A stretch of 64,000 nt of DNA. It comes from Marsupella aquatica (taxonomy: Eukaryota > Plantae > Marchantiophyta). Positions within the stretch are counted from its first letter, which is position 1, and every line of letters begins with the position of its first letter. The translations under genes were made by a program, and so were the position numbers. The DNA is taken from contig OZ316894.1 in NCBI GenBank assembly GCA_973895155.1, forward strand, positions 15,492,699 through 15,556,698. The letters are read 5' to 3'. This document shows positions 51,322-63,106 of this stretch, piece after piece. The notes under the pieces were generated by a model. That model was not told where the DNA came from, searched no databases, and saw only the letters and a program-made list of their open reading frames with translations.

Positions 51322-51462
51322 TGTATGTTATGTGGATCTACTCAGGGAGCACCTACTATGTTGATTTGTGATTAGTGTTCTAGAGGATGGCACATGTTGT
51401 GTTTGACACTACCATTGGAAGTGATTCCTAGTAGATCATGGTTGTGTCCTCCATGTCGATGA
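51322..51462 (+). pseudogene. PHD finger (C4HC3) at the C-terminus of D1 pol
   Basis: Reads CMLCGSTQGAPTMLICD*CSRGWHMLCLTLPLEVIPSRSWLCPPCR* with one internal TAG. Confidence 0.88.
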
Positions 51463-51637
51463 AGCCAACTAGTTATCACTTGTGTTTGCATGAAAGATAT
51501 GGATTGCAGGTAGGTGATCAATGAGGCTCACTTGCACCCGACCTCCTAATCTTAGCACCTAAAAAGGTGTATATCAACCTTGTAGAACTCATGGCTAGCT
51601 AGAGTTAGGGGACCTTACTCCCAGCTAGGGGGGCGAT

Positions 51638-52125
51638 TGTGGGTTTTGAACATGTGTGGACATGGGTTCCATTTGGACTCCATTTTCTTATGTTTGTGAT
51701 GTTGGATTGTGACTATGCTTGGATGTGTGTGACAAGCGATGTATGTTGTGTAGCAATGTATATGCGCACGACAACTATCACACCATTTAGAGTGGTACTA
51801 TAGTATATCGTACTTTCTAGGCATAGAGGTTTGTTTGTGTGCTATATGAGCATTTAGTGTTTAATTGGTGTTTGTGTGAGGGATCATAGTTATTCCCTTG
51901 TGTTGGCCAAGGGTCTTAACTTTCAATGTTGAGCTTGTAAGCCTGTGAGCATTTGAGCACAAGCTCTGGTGGCTATGGTGTGGCTGACCAAGTTGTGTTC
52001 TACATGTAACATGGATTCCTTGAAGCACAAGGTGCATTGGGCTTGATATACGTGTGTGATTGCATTGGGCGGGATTGTTGTTGGATTGGCACCGATTGTT
52101 GTTTGATTTTTATTGTCGAGATTAT
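51638..52125 (+). repeat. D1 3' LTR, left part, preceded by PPT AGGGGGGCGA
   Basis: Begins TGTGGGTTTTG right after the PPT. Homologous to 52126-~52945 apart from an ~350-bp indel. Confidence 0.82.
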
Positions 52126-53149
52126 TGTGGGTTTTGGACATGAGTGGACATGGGTTCTATTTGGAATCCATTCTCTTATGTTTGTGATGTTGTATTGTGA
52201 CTATGCTTTAATAGATGTGTGTGAGAAGCGTGATGTATGTTGTGTAGCAATGTGTATGCGCACGACATGCTGTTTTGGCAGGATTTGGTAAGGGAACAAA
52301 CTAGGCCCCACAAACCCCAAGAATCCATGGTGCTCCTAAACCCAGCTGAGCTCAGGAGGATTTAGTCCTCCTTGAGAGCTTTCCAACGCACCCAATAAGT
52401 TCTCCAACGAACCTCCCGTTGGGATGTTATCGTCATTTCCGTTTGGCATTTTCCCTTAGTGTCATGATCGCCGTGACTCACAACTTCGGCTCTCCCTTAG
52501 CACCCAGGGAGACACCACTCCCCTCATATATGCTTCTAAAGACCTGCCACCCTTGGACCTACTTTGGTCCCCAAATTTTGGCCCCCCACTTGGACCTCAA
52601 CCCGCATGTCTGGGCATGTGTCACACCATTCTAGGTAGTGTTAGAGTGTATTGTACTATCTAGATCCGTATGTTTGGTATGTGTGTTATATGAGCCGATA
52701 AGGTTCCATTAGGTTTGTGTGAGAGGGTACTTCTCACTTGTGAGGCATTGAAAGGTCATCTTTCAATGTTGTGCCTTGGAGAGAAAGGAGCTTGAGTGGC
52801 TATGGTGGCTGTGAGCTCCGCTTGTGTAACGTGGATTCCTTGAGTAGTGCAAGGTGCGTTGGCTTGACATATGTGTGTGATCGGATTGGTGCAAGATTGA
52901 TGGGGTATTGTTGACCGGGATCGTTGTGCCGATTGTATGGAGATTACATTGAAAGATCAGTAGCTTCAAACTCTGTTGTGCAGACAGAAGCTCAGTCCGA
53001 GTTTGTCATTGATGATTTGCGGTAGATCAAATCGATTGGAGCTGTTGTTTTGATCCGTGGTACCTCAAATCATGGAGTGGATCGCCGGTATTGAGAAGTT
53101 TGTGTCTGATCTGTGCTGCCATTTGACGGATAGTATGCTGCTGCCCACA
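52126..53149 (+). repeat. D2 5' LTR (right end tentative)
   Basis: Starts TGTGGG like the D1 3' LTR. CCCACA at 53144-53149 gives a terminal inverted repeat, but no canonical PBS follows. Confidence 0.6.
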
Positions 53150-53624
53150 TTTTTGTGAAGTAGATCGGGTTGGCTGAGTGCGGATGTTGATAGATCTGCG
53201 ATTGTACGCTATAGATCTGTGATTGGTGAAGGTTTTGAGTTGGAGGTCGATTGATGATTCCTGGAGGAAAGCGAATGTTGAGTAGATGTCGGATAGTGGA
53301 AGTCGATCCCTTGAGGCTTCAGATCCGATTGCCGACTACTATGAGGTTTTCAGATCTGATTGTCGGTGACTATGGGACGATGCTGGCAAGGCGTAGGTGA
53401 AGCGAGGGCTCTTTTCCTGAAGGAACGGATCTGCCGATGCCCCGTGCGGTGATATCATTGTTTCCGTGAAAGAAACGAGGGTCAAAGGTGTTGAATCGAG
53501 CTGCTGCCGATTCTGTGGAAGGGCTGCATTTTTCATGAAGGAAATGACTTGCGAAGTTGCTGGAACTCGCAGATCTGTTTGACAAGGCGTCGACGCGGTA
53601 GACTGTCCGTCGCCTGTTCCAAAT

Positions 53625-53776
53625 GTGTTCTATGAAGGGAAACCAAGAGACAAAAATCTGAATGTTGCCAAAACTTGATTCGGCGTAGCGGGCGTGAAGG
53701 GCTCACCGGATGCGTTCTGTGAAGGGAAATCGAGAGACAAAAATCTGAATGTTGCCAAAACTGAATTTGGCATAGC
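53625..53776 (+). repeat. Two ~60-bp direct repeats in the D2 leader
   Basis: GTTCTRTGAAGGGAAAYCRAGAGACAAAAATCTGAATGTTGCCAAAACT occurs at ~53626 and ~53714. Confidence 0.85.
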
Positions 53777-54546
53777 AAAGCGTTGCGGGCTCACTCTTTG
53801 GCTCATCTCGGCGTTTAGAGGCTTCGAGGCAACTCGTGGGTTACTCGGGACGTGAGGGCGGAGCAGGAGCGAGCGGGCCAGCAAGGCAGCTTGCTGGGAC
53901 GTGAGGAGTAGTTGCAAGCTGCTGATTTTGGAGCGGCCATTTTGGTGCATAACTACAAGTGAGAGGTCACCCATCCCAAAGCTATTCCTTCCCCATGCAC
54001 TTAACTATGTGGTTCTTAAGTGCTCTTGTGTACACACACTCTTTTCCACTTTGATGTTAATGGAATGAACACTTAGGCATTTTATACACATTCTAGTTTG
54101 TTTAGATTGCCATTTTGGGCAAATCATATAAGCTCCCTCAAGGTTTTTGATGCTTCTGAATCCATCTAGATGCATGGATTGAACCAATTGTGCATGGATC
54201 CTTAGCTACGACATTGAACATTGAGAGGCCTATTATGAAGGCCCCACATTGAACATTATAAAAATTGTTTGATTGATGTATAATAACTATTGATGTGGAG
54301 AGTTATTGTGGATCTCTTCTTGTTGATTGGATCCTCTCCACATATGCTTCCTGTTTATGCGCCATGTTAGTTTGGCGTGGGCGCTTGATTCTATAGGAGT
54401 GATCCGGGTTTGCAACCGGACATTCTAATTGTGCTACGTATTTCTCTCCTGGTGATGTTGGAGTGATGCCCAACACACCATGGTGAGTGCTTGTGTTGCT
54501 GACAGGGACAGATTGCCCTTAGGGTTAGCATATAGATTAGGTTAGG

Positions 54547-56669
54547 TTGGACACCACAGATTCTTCTGGTGCTGCTGGGTTACCCAATGGACGACGGACC
54601 GGTTTCACTCGGAGTGGGGCACAGTTTTGGCCAGTGGCATTGGTAGCAGTCAGCAGTGCAGCTTCAGACAGTGATTCCGACGAGGACCCAGTGACCAGTT
54701 CTCCTCATCATCAGGTGGTTGCACCTTTGTTGTGGGATATGGACGAGATGTACGGGGCTACAAAGGGCCCAAGACGATACTTTGGTGCAGTTGGCACAAT
54801 TGATCTAGATGACTTCATCCAGGAGTTTGATACGTGGTGCGATATGCAGACATGCGTAACGCCATGTTGTTTACCCCTTTCATGGCATGGAAGGGATTAT
54901 TTTAGCATTTGGAGGGGCCACCCATGGATGACTACCATGAGTTTTGGAAGTCTCATTTGGTTGAGATTGAGGCATGGAGGCAACATTGGTCGCCTAATTA
55001 CGTGTCCATCACCTATGGCACTAGTGCGGCTGCCCAACCCATTGCCACAGCTGCTGCTTCTTCTAGCAGCACTAGCCAGAGTGGCACACCATCCACGAGC
55101 AGCACTCCAGCAACATCCACCGCTACTCCTGCCGGTGTGATTGTGACAGGAACTGGAGTTGCGCCAACATTTAACCTTGTGGTGGAATTCTTTGAGGTAC
55201 TGAAGCAGAACTATCAGGGTGTGAGAACTGATAAGTTGAAGGGTCTCTAGGAGTTCCAACGCAAGACTGGAGAGAGTCTATGTGAGGTATACACTCGTAT
55301 GCGTAGATTGATCACTGTCACCAAGGGAGTGACGGAGGCTCAGGCAATCCAGTTTTGGTATGCAATTTTGGACAGAGAATTGCGACGCAGAGTGAGAGAT
55401 GTCACTCTGCTTAGGGATGCAAATCCCACATTAGCAGTTGTTTTTACCCTTTCTGAACGCATTGAGCTCAATATGGTGAATGAGAAGGTGGTGACTTCCA
55501 GATTTGCTAAGGAAGCACCAAAGGCTGCATCTACATCCACACCACAACCTACTGCACAAAAGAGCGAGAGGGAGAAGCCGACTGCATGAGAGTCTACCAG
55601 CCAGAGACCTGTGTCCTCTTATGCTGGACAACAGTCAGGATGTTGGACCTGTGGTGGGGATCATGCACAGAGATATTGCCCAGATCATAGAGGATCAGGG
55701 GGAGCATCAGCGCCTGATCAGCGACAGTGTGATCACTGTGGAGCTCCTGGACACACCAAGGATAGGTGTTTCTCACTCCACCCTGAGTTACGGAGGGGGG
55801 ATCTCGTACACATGATCAGGAAAGAGGAGGAGGAGGTAGAGGTGGTGGACATGGTCGTGGCATGCCACATGCAGGGAGACAGGGAGGTGACGTTGCCCCT
55901 GTTGTAACCATAGATCCAAAGGATGCTAAGATTGCTCAATTGGAGCAACAGCTAGCTGCCATGGCTAGTTCCCAGGTGAGACCTACTTCTGATGATGGGG
56001 CATCTATATCCTATGGACCTTCCACATCCCATGGTCCTTCCACATCTTATGGAGCTGATGGAGATCTTGCCACCATGGGATTCATGTGTGGCACTGCACA
56101 TATTGATGCATCAACAACTTTGACACGTGGGGCAGCCAAAGCTCTTGAGCCCTGAGGAGCAGTAGTGGAGTTAGATCCATAGAGGGGGGATGCACATCGG
56201 CAGATAAAGCTTCCTCAATCTTTTACATTGTCAGAGACAGTTCAGACTACCTCTATGAACCCGGTTCGGACAAACCCTAACGTGGGTAAGTTGGCAGAAT
56301 CAGGTAGTGATGCAACAGGGATGACAGATACCCTGCTGGGGGCGACTACTGCCATAGTACGCACCCCATTATTTTTAGCGACAAACATGCTGAACTTGGG
56401 AGTTGGTCCTGCATAAGTGTTCAGATTGGGAGCTACACTCTATGAGGACACTCCAATGGTTGCCTCCCATGCAGAAGCAGCTTGCAGTGTTGAAGCAGTG
56501 AAGACCATGCCACCTACTGCTACTAGTGAGACATGGCATGCAACAGCAACGAGGTTGGTGGATTTACCAGCACGCCCTCCATTTGAGAGGACTAGGTTTA
56601 AACCTAGTGTTATATCATTGGATAATCAGAGTGGTATCTTCCGATTAGTTGGGCCTTATGGAGCAGTAT
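54547..56669 (+). pseudogene. gag: D2 gag and gag-protease linker
   Basis: LDDFIQEFDTW, Q-RKTGESL, knuckles CWTCGGDHAQRYC and CDHCGAPGHTKDRC, RGG-rich tract. Frameshifts near 54850 and 55800. Confidence 0.82.
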
Positions 56670-56674
56670 ACCAG

Positions 56675-59600
56675 TGTCAGACCCTCGCTTATGAGCTAAT
56701 AAGCCTTATTGTACTAAAAGCTTGCACTTGATAGCTCTTTATCACCAGGAACTACGGGAGGGACGCTCCATAAGAAGGAACTACCTCTATTTCCATTAAG
56801 CCTTTGCTTCTCCTTGAGACTGTGCAGATGTATTTGGTTTCCGTCACCATAAATGGGTATTCTTTGCTTTCCACTGCTGGAAATGTCCCCCTACCCGGCA
56901 AGACAACTAATCTAGGTCTCCCTTTCCCAAAGAGAAGACTTCTGGACTCACAACCATCATATGAGCAACATGCTAGACCACAAGGGCCTCAAGATTTCAG
57001 ATGAGTGCACATCAACAATTTCTTTCCCAGAAACACGCTGAAATTTCATAAGAATTTCAAAGGAAGTACATGGGTAGGTTGTCACTACCTACTTGCTATA
57101 CTTTAGCTTCTTCAACTCCTACTACTTAACACTATGGTCCTTTCAAGCCTCAAGGCATATACTTGAGTTCTAGTACCCCTAGAACATCTACCTTAGTTCC
57201 CCTAAGGTCTCTTAGTGCTACTCCTTGATTCTCCATACTTGGACCCACACAAAGTAACTCACACCAACTTAAGTACTCCTTGCTTGGCTCCAACTCATCA
57301 CAAAGTCCAAAACCACCCCAAAGGCCAGCAAGTGACTCATCACTAAAAAAGACCAGCCCACCTTTCAAGGGGGTCAAAGATCCTTACTTATCCTCCTAAC
57401 TATCTCACTAACTCACTTGTTTGTCTTACCTAACTAATGAGCTAGTTGGTGGCCTTTTGAAAGCCTAAATCAACTCCTTGATTTTAGCCCTTCATTCAGG
57501 TCCACCTCACCTCCTGACTTGGCTGTCCTATCCCTCCAAATCAGGGACTAAGTCAGTCTCCAAAGTATAGTCATCCCTATCTACCAAATAGCTCTAAAAA
57601 TAGTAGAGGGATCAACTTCCAATGGCCCTCCAAGTTCCTCCAAAGTCTCCATGTAACTCAGGTCCTTAGGTACCCTCCATGTTGGCTTTAAGGACTCCAC
57701 TCCTTACCCTCCTTATTCCTGGACTCCAGAACCAGCCTAGGTCCCCTTGACATGAAAGAGCCCTTCTCCAGGCCTCACCCATCCGATTAGGGCCTTGCGA
57801 ATGACCCAAGCATGGTACCTCCTTACCGTACTGGTTAGTGGCTTGGTAATCTGGTTGTCCTCTCTGAAATGCTTGAGGTACACCTTGGTGAAAGCCCTCA
57901 GATTTGAACTTCTGCCCCTCTTGTGCACCTTTGAGCAAGCTAGGTATTGGAACCCCGTGAGACTACAAACGTAAAGGCCCAGTACTCCTGTGAAATATAA
58001 GCCCTGGTCTTGACAGTAAGTGCATGGGTGAATGGAGAGAAAGAACTCATGGAAATAGGAGAATGAATGCTTCCCATCTATGGTAGAGTCAACTGCCTGA
58101 TTCAGTTTGGAGCAAGGAGAGAACTAAGCTAGGACTTAGAGAACTGAACTTGTTTGAAGGGATCGTGGCTTATTTGAAGGAAGTCTGGCTGGTGCTTCTG
58201 TTCATACCAGCCCTCCATTCTCACAAAAAATATCTCCCTTCCATGTGTTCTTCTCTCGATTGTCGGTTGACCTTGGTAGCATTCAATTTGTGAGTCCAAA
58301 GAGCAGCCATTCTAATTTCAGAAATATCTCTATGGACTTGATACTAATCCTGCATTCAATTCTTGAGTCCAAAGAGCAGCCATTCTAATTTCAGAAATAT
58401 CTCTATGGACTTGATCCTGCATTCAATTCCTGAAGTTAAGGGCCACAGCTCAGATTTCTTGTCAATCACCCTAGCTGAGGAAATGGTCTTCTAGCTGTCC
58501 ACTGTTGCCACCTCGAAGTTCCCCTATAGAAGGTGCAAGTTGATTTTGCCTGAAGAGCCCCCTTGTTAGCAGTTGATGACTTCTCCTTTAGATGTAAAAT
58601 ATTCTCTCTGATTCAGAAATTTCAATCTTCTCTGTTAATTTCCCTTCCAGCCTTTGCTTTCCCTTCGATCTCCTCCTTTAATTCATGCTCCAGAATTTCT
58701 TCTTCTAGTTCAGGTCTTCTGATTCTCCTTGAGCCCAGCATTCCAGCCCACTTCTTCTTACTTGATTTGGTGGAGTATTGGCTCTCCATTCAACTGCAGC
58801 GTCGAGCTCCATTCTCCCTTCAATTTCACTTTGATTTTTGCTCTATTGAATTCTGGGCTCGACACCTGGCCTTAGCTAGCTCTTTTACATTGTAACCCTG
58901 CCCTTTACAGATGTAAATGAGTCCACCACGTTTCTCTACGTAGCTGAATTACCCCTTTGTATGCACAAAGAACATTCCTCCCTTTAAGTCTCCCTTTAAG
59001 TGCTACTTATGGCATTTAACATTAGCCATCTTCGCCTATAGCTCAAAACTCACTCATTAGAAAAAAACTATTATGAACATACTCCTGGCTTTCCTAGCCC
59101 TAGGGCTTCCTAAAACAATTCTTAGAATTGATATATAACTAAACTTGGCTTTTCTATTATTGTTCAAAGTCTGCAATCCGTCATAATTCATAGCTACTTT
59201 TACAGAATTTGGACCACTCCCAAAAAGTATCTATAAGTCCAAAACTAGGTTTAGTAATTCTAAGGGATAGTGTTAGGTATAGTAACACCATGGCTAGCCT
59301 TCAAAATACATTTTTTGCTCTATGGCTATTTTCCCTAGGTCCTGCAAGTTGGCTATTTTAAGTTTTGTTCCACTGTAAATAGCTTCTAATTGAACGGTCG
59401 AAATGACTTGCACTTTTACAAGGGTTCTCCAGGGCCTGCCTAGAACCTTCAGAAAAAATCCCAGCCTAAATTACAAACTCTAAGGATCTGATTACCTATC
59501 TAATCCACTAATCCACTGTTAAGTTAACCGTGGTTTAAACTAATTAAACTTTCTTACTCTGCTTTACTGAAGAGAGTTTACTTCAGTTTCACTTCTACTT

Positions 59601-59693
59601 CCCACTCATTTACAGGCATAATATGCTTACTTAGAACAAAAAAGAAAAAATCTAACCTAAAACTAATTTAACCCACTAATTGAGCGGCTCACA
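56675..59693. mobile_element. Solo LTR F (3019 bp)
   Basis: TGTCAG...CTCACA with TSD ACCAG (56670-56674 and 59694-59698). Removing it restores the D2 frame. Internal duplication at ~58292-58430. Confidence 0.9.
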
Positions 59694-59698
59694 ACCAG

Positions 59699-60050
59699 CC
59701 AGAGAGGGTGTTACTGGATACTGGTGCTCAGCCCTTGATGTTGGGAAAGTCTGCCATACGTGGATTGGGATTGCGTCCAAAGGATTTGGAGGATTATCCC
59801 TTTCCCATTCAGACTTCATTGGGGGGACCTACACCTACACAACATATCACCAGGAGACCACTTGATTTGAGGATTCAGGAAGGTCATCTGACAGATAGCT
59901 CACAGATATAGGCACGAGCTATTTTGACTAAGGGAGAGTCATATGATGTGTTGGTGGGATGTACAATGCTCTACCCCATGGGATTTATTCTTGATTTTTG
60001 GGAGGAATCAGTGTCATATAGACCTGATTGGCAGTCAGGAGATGCTCGAT
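59699..60050 (+). pseudogene. pol: D2 aspartic protease
   Basis: RVLLDTGAQPLMLG...SYDVLVGCTMLYPMGFILDF. Confidence 0.9.
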
Positions 60051-60421
60051 TGAGAAAATTGTCAGTGAGATTTAGTGGACCTATGGGAGGCCCTAAATCC
60101 ACACCATTGTCTTTGGCAATATTCAGTGGTCTAATTGCTGGACCTGATAATCTGATTGAGGGTAATGCGCATGCAGCAGATGTTCCACCATTGGAGGAGT
60201 CTCATGAGGAGCACATCATGCGAGGATTACCTGTTGGCAGTGTTGTGCCACCAGTGTGGGGCATTGCACAGGCCTTGCCATAGGCAGCAGCACGATTGGT
60301 ACATGATGCATGGCGTCATGCTTTTACACCACAGTTAGGAGCAGAGCAGTCTCTTGCAGATGGACCTGTGACTCTTTCACCATTGGATACCACTCCTATT
60401 GCTTGGCAGTATCCATCGGAG

Positions 60422-61380
60422 GGTATTTATTTGTTGGATCTTTTTGGTGGGATTAGCACTGGATTGGCTGTTGTTCTTCAGGCAGGAATTTTTGTGCGTC
60501 GTTATTTGTATGTGGAGGCAGATGAGACAGCACGGAGGGTCTCATTGCGACATGTGGCTATGTTGGTGGATAGATATCCACAGTTGCTGCCAGTGGATGT
60601 TGTTCGTGGTTATCAGCATGCACTACCTACTGATATTTCATTGCTGGGGGCGGATCATCTGCATCGTGTTGGCTCCATTGATTTGGTGATTGCTAGTTGG
60701 CCATGTTAGGGCCAATCTAGAGCTGGCGTTGGGCATGGACTTCATGATCCACGCTCTGCACTGTTCTGGGAGATGTTACGGGTGCTGCGTCATCTCCAGC
60801 TACATCAGACACAGTCTCCAGCATACATTTTGGAGAATGTGCCATTGTTAGGTGATGATCGTAGTCAGATTGTTGCCAGTGTTCACCAGGTGAGGTCTTG
60901 GATTGGACCTGCTGTGTTATTGGATGTTGCACGTGTGGGTTCTCGTGCACATCGTCCACGCTTATGGTAGACTAATTTGATCCCATGTGAGGTGCTGAAG
61001 CGCGCATTTGACAGCATTCCACGCTCACCCGCCTTAGTGGTGGATGATATTTTGGATCCAGGGCGTCGTGCATAGGGTGTGACCCAACCTGATAGACCTC
61101 CATTGGCAATGGTCAATGCAGTTGGGCGCCCACGTTGTGCATTACCCACTCTTGTAAGCCACTCTGCTTCATATGCATTCAGAGCAGGTGGCCCTGGACT
61201 TGTGTGGGACACAGCTCTCTAGCAGTTAGTGGAACCTACTGCTGATGAGAGAGAGCGTGCTATGGGATTTTTGACTGGCACCACTGCAGCTGCCTCTATG
61301 TCAGAGGGTTTGCGGCGCCAGGTTCTTGGTCAAGCAATGGATCTGAATTGTTTGACTTGGATTATCAGCTTGGGAGTAGC
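60422..61380 (+). pseudogene. DNMT3-like C5-cytosine DNA methyltransferase domain inside D2 pol
   Basis: Motif I LLDLFGGISTG; II YLYVEAD; III TDI; IV DLVIASWPC*G (PC at 60701-60706); V GLHDPRSALFWE; VI YILENV; VIII GSRAHRPRLW*TNL; IX-X ERERAMGF...RRQVLGQAMD. Order is unpermuted, with in-frame TAG stops. Confidence 0.93.
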
Positions 61381-61606
61381 TAAACAGTTGCGGATGCGCT
61401 CTGCTAGAATTACTGATTGTCCCTTGATGAGCTTGCGGTCCACTGAGACAATACTAACCACAGCTGGGGGCAAGTAGATAGTCCATGGACCTATGGCAGG
61501 ATTGGCCAAGGCTGGACAGATTGTTGAGCAGGAAGGGACTACTCAATCTATTGCTAAATAGCAATCATCGGCTATCTCTTCTACCCTACAAAGAGATATT
61601 AGGGAT

Positions 61607-63064
61607 TTGGTGGAGAGTTGGGAACCACAGCTTGGCCCTAAGTTGACAGGGGAGGAGAGACGTCGCATGCATCGATTCCTGAAGAGTTACTCGAATTGTT
61701 TTGCATTTAGCATGAAGGATTTGGGGACATTAAAGGGTCCTGGTATTCAGATTGAATTAGCTAGTGATGCGCCAATCTTTTGTAGGCCATACCATTACAG
61801 TGACATGGAGAGAGCTCTGATTCAAAGCAGAACTCAAGATTTGTTGGAGGCTGGATTGGTGGAGATTTCATATGGGGAGTATGCATCTGCCACAATGATG
61901 CCAGCCAAGAAGGATGTGCATGGCAATTACACAGATAGGCGCATGTGTGGTGATTATAGACCCATTAATCGCCAGACAAAATCTGATAGATATGCCATGC
62001 CCACACCTGAGGAGATCTTTGATGTTGTGCGGCATGCAAATGTTTTGAGTTCATTGGATCTGAGGGCAGGGTACCATCAGCTTCCAATTAGGCATGCTGA
62101 CAGGTCCAAGACAACAATCTGGGGGATTGATTCTTATGGCAAAGATTGTTTGTATCAGTGGTTATTCTTACCATTTGGGTTGAAGAATGCACCAGCTGAG
62201 TTCCAGAGAGTCATGGATCGAATCCTTGCAGGTTTGGATTTTGTCAGATGTTATATTGGTGATATTTTGGTCTATTCTTCTATAGTGGAAGAACATCAAC
62301 AACACTTGTAGATTGTGTTGGAGAGATTGAGAGCACATGGGTTGAAGCTCCATCCTAGCAAGTGTAAGTTCTTCCAAGACCAGATTGAGTATTTGGGCCA
62401 CACTATATACCCAAGGGGATTGGGTGTACAACAGACTGAAGTGGAGGCCATTACATAGATTCCTTGTCCTACTGATGTGAGTAGAGTTTGTGCATTCTTG
62501 GGATTGGCGAGCTACTATAGGAGGTATGTTAAAGGATTTAGCCAGCTTGCTAAACCTTTGACCATACTCACTAAGTTGGATCAGGAATGGATTTGGGGTG
62601 ATGACCAAGAGCATGCCTTTCAGGAGTTGAAGCAAAGGTTGGCATCATCCCCTATTTTGAGAAGACCCATTTCAGGCAGACCATTTCAGCTACACATTGA
62701 TTGGAGTGGAGTAGGACTTGGAGCAGTGCTGACTCAAAAGGATGATGAGGGGAATGAGTTTGTTGTGGCTTATGCCAGTAGATCAAACAATTCAGCAAAG
62801 GCTAAGTATAGCTCTTATGAGGGAGAGTGTTTGGCAGCAGTGTGGGTTGTTGCACACTTTTGTTGCTACTTGTTTGGTAACCCCTTCACCTTGATCACTG
62901 ATCATCAGCCTCTTAAGTGGTTAATGGAGTCTGACAAGCTTACAGGGAAGCTTGCACGATGGGCATTGTTGTTACAGGAGTATGATTTCCAGGTGATGCA
63001 TAGGCCTGGAAAAGTGAACTTGGATGCAGATGGATTAAGCCGCAATCCATGTACCAGTCAGTAG
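61607..63064 (+). pseudogene. pol: D2 reverse transcriptase and RNase H
   Basis: RMCGDYRPIN, LDLRAGYHQ, LPFGLKNAP, YIGD (mutated YIDD), [17 protein letters not shown] and DADGLSR. Confidence 0.95.
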
Positions 63065-63106
63065 GATGAGACTAGAGCCAGATGGCATGATGAGTCAGAT
63101 AAGGAG

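Larger units (their letters stand above)
31931..52125 (+). mobile_element. Ty3/gypsy family D, copy D1 (older; interrupted by E, A3 and C; two internal deletions)
   Basis: Segments 32240-34151, 38004-38433 and 49240-51228 are colinear homologues of D2. It ends with PHD finger, PPT and LTR. Confidence 0.88.

Noticed and set aside
60422-61380. Methyltransferase as bacterial contamination or a host DNMT gene
   Set aside because: It is intronless, in frame with protease and RT, decays like the rest of the element, and recurs at the same position in D1.
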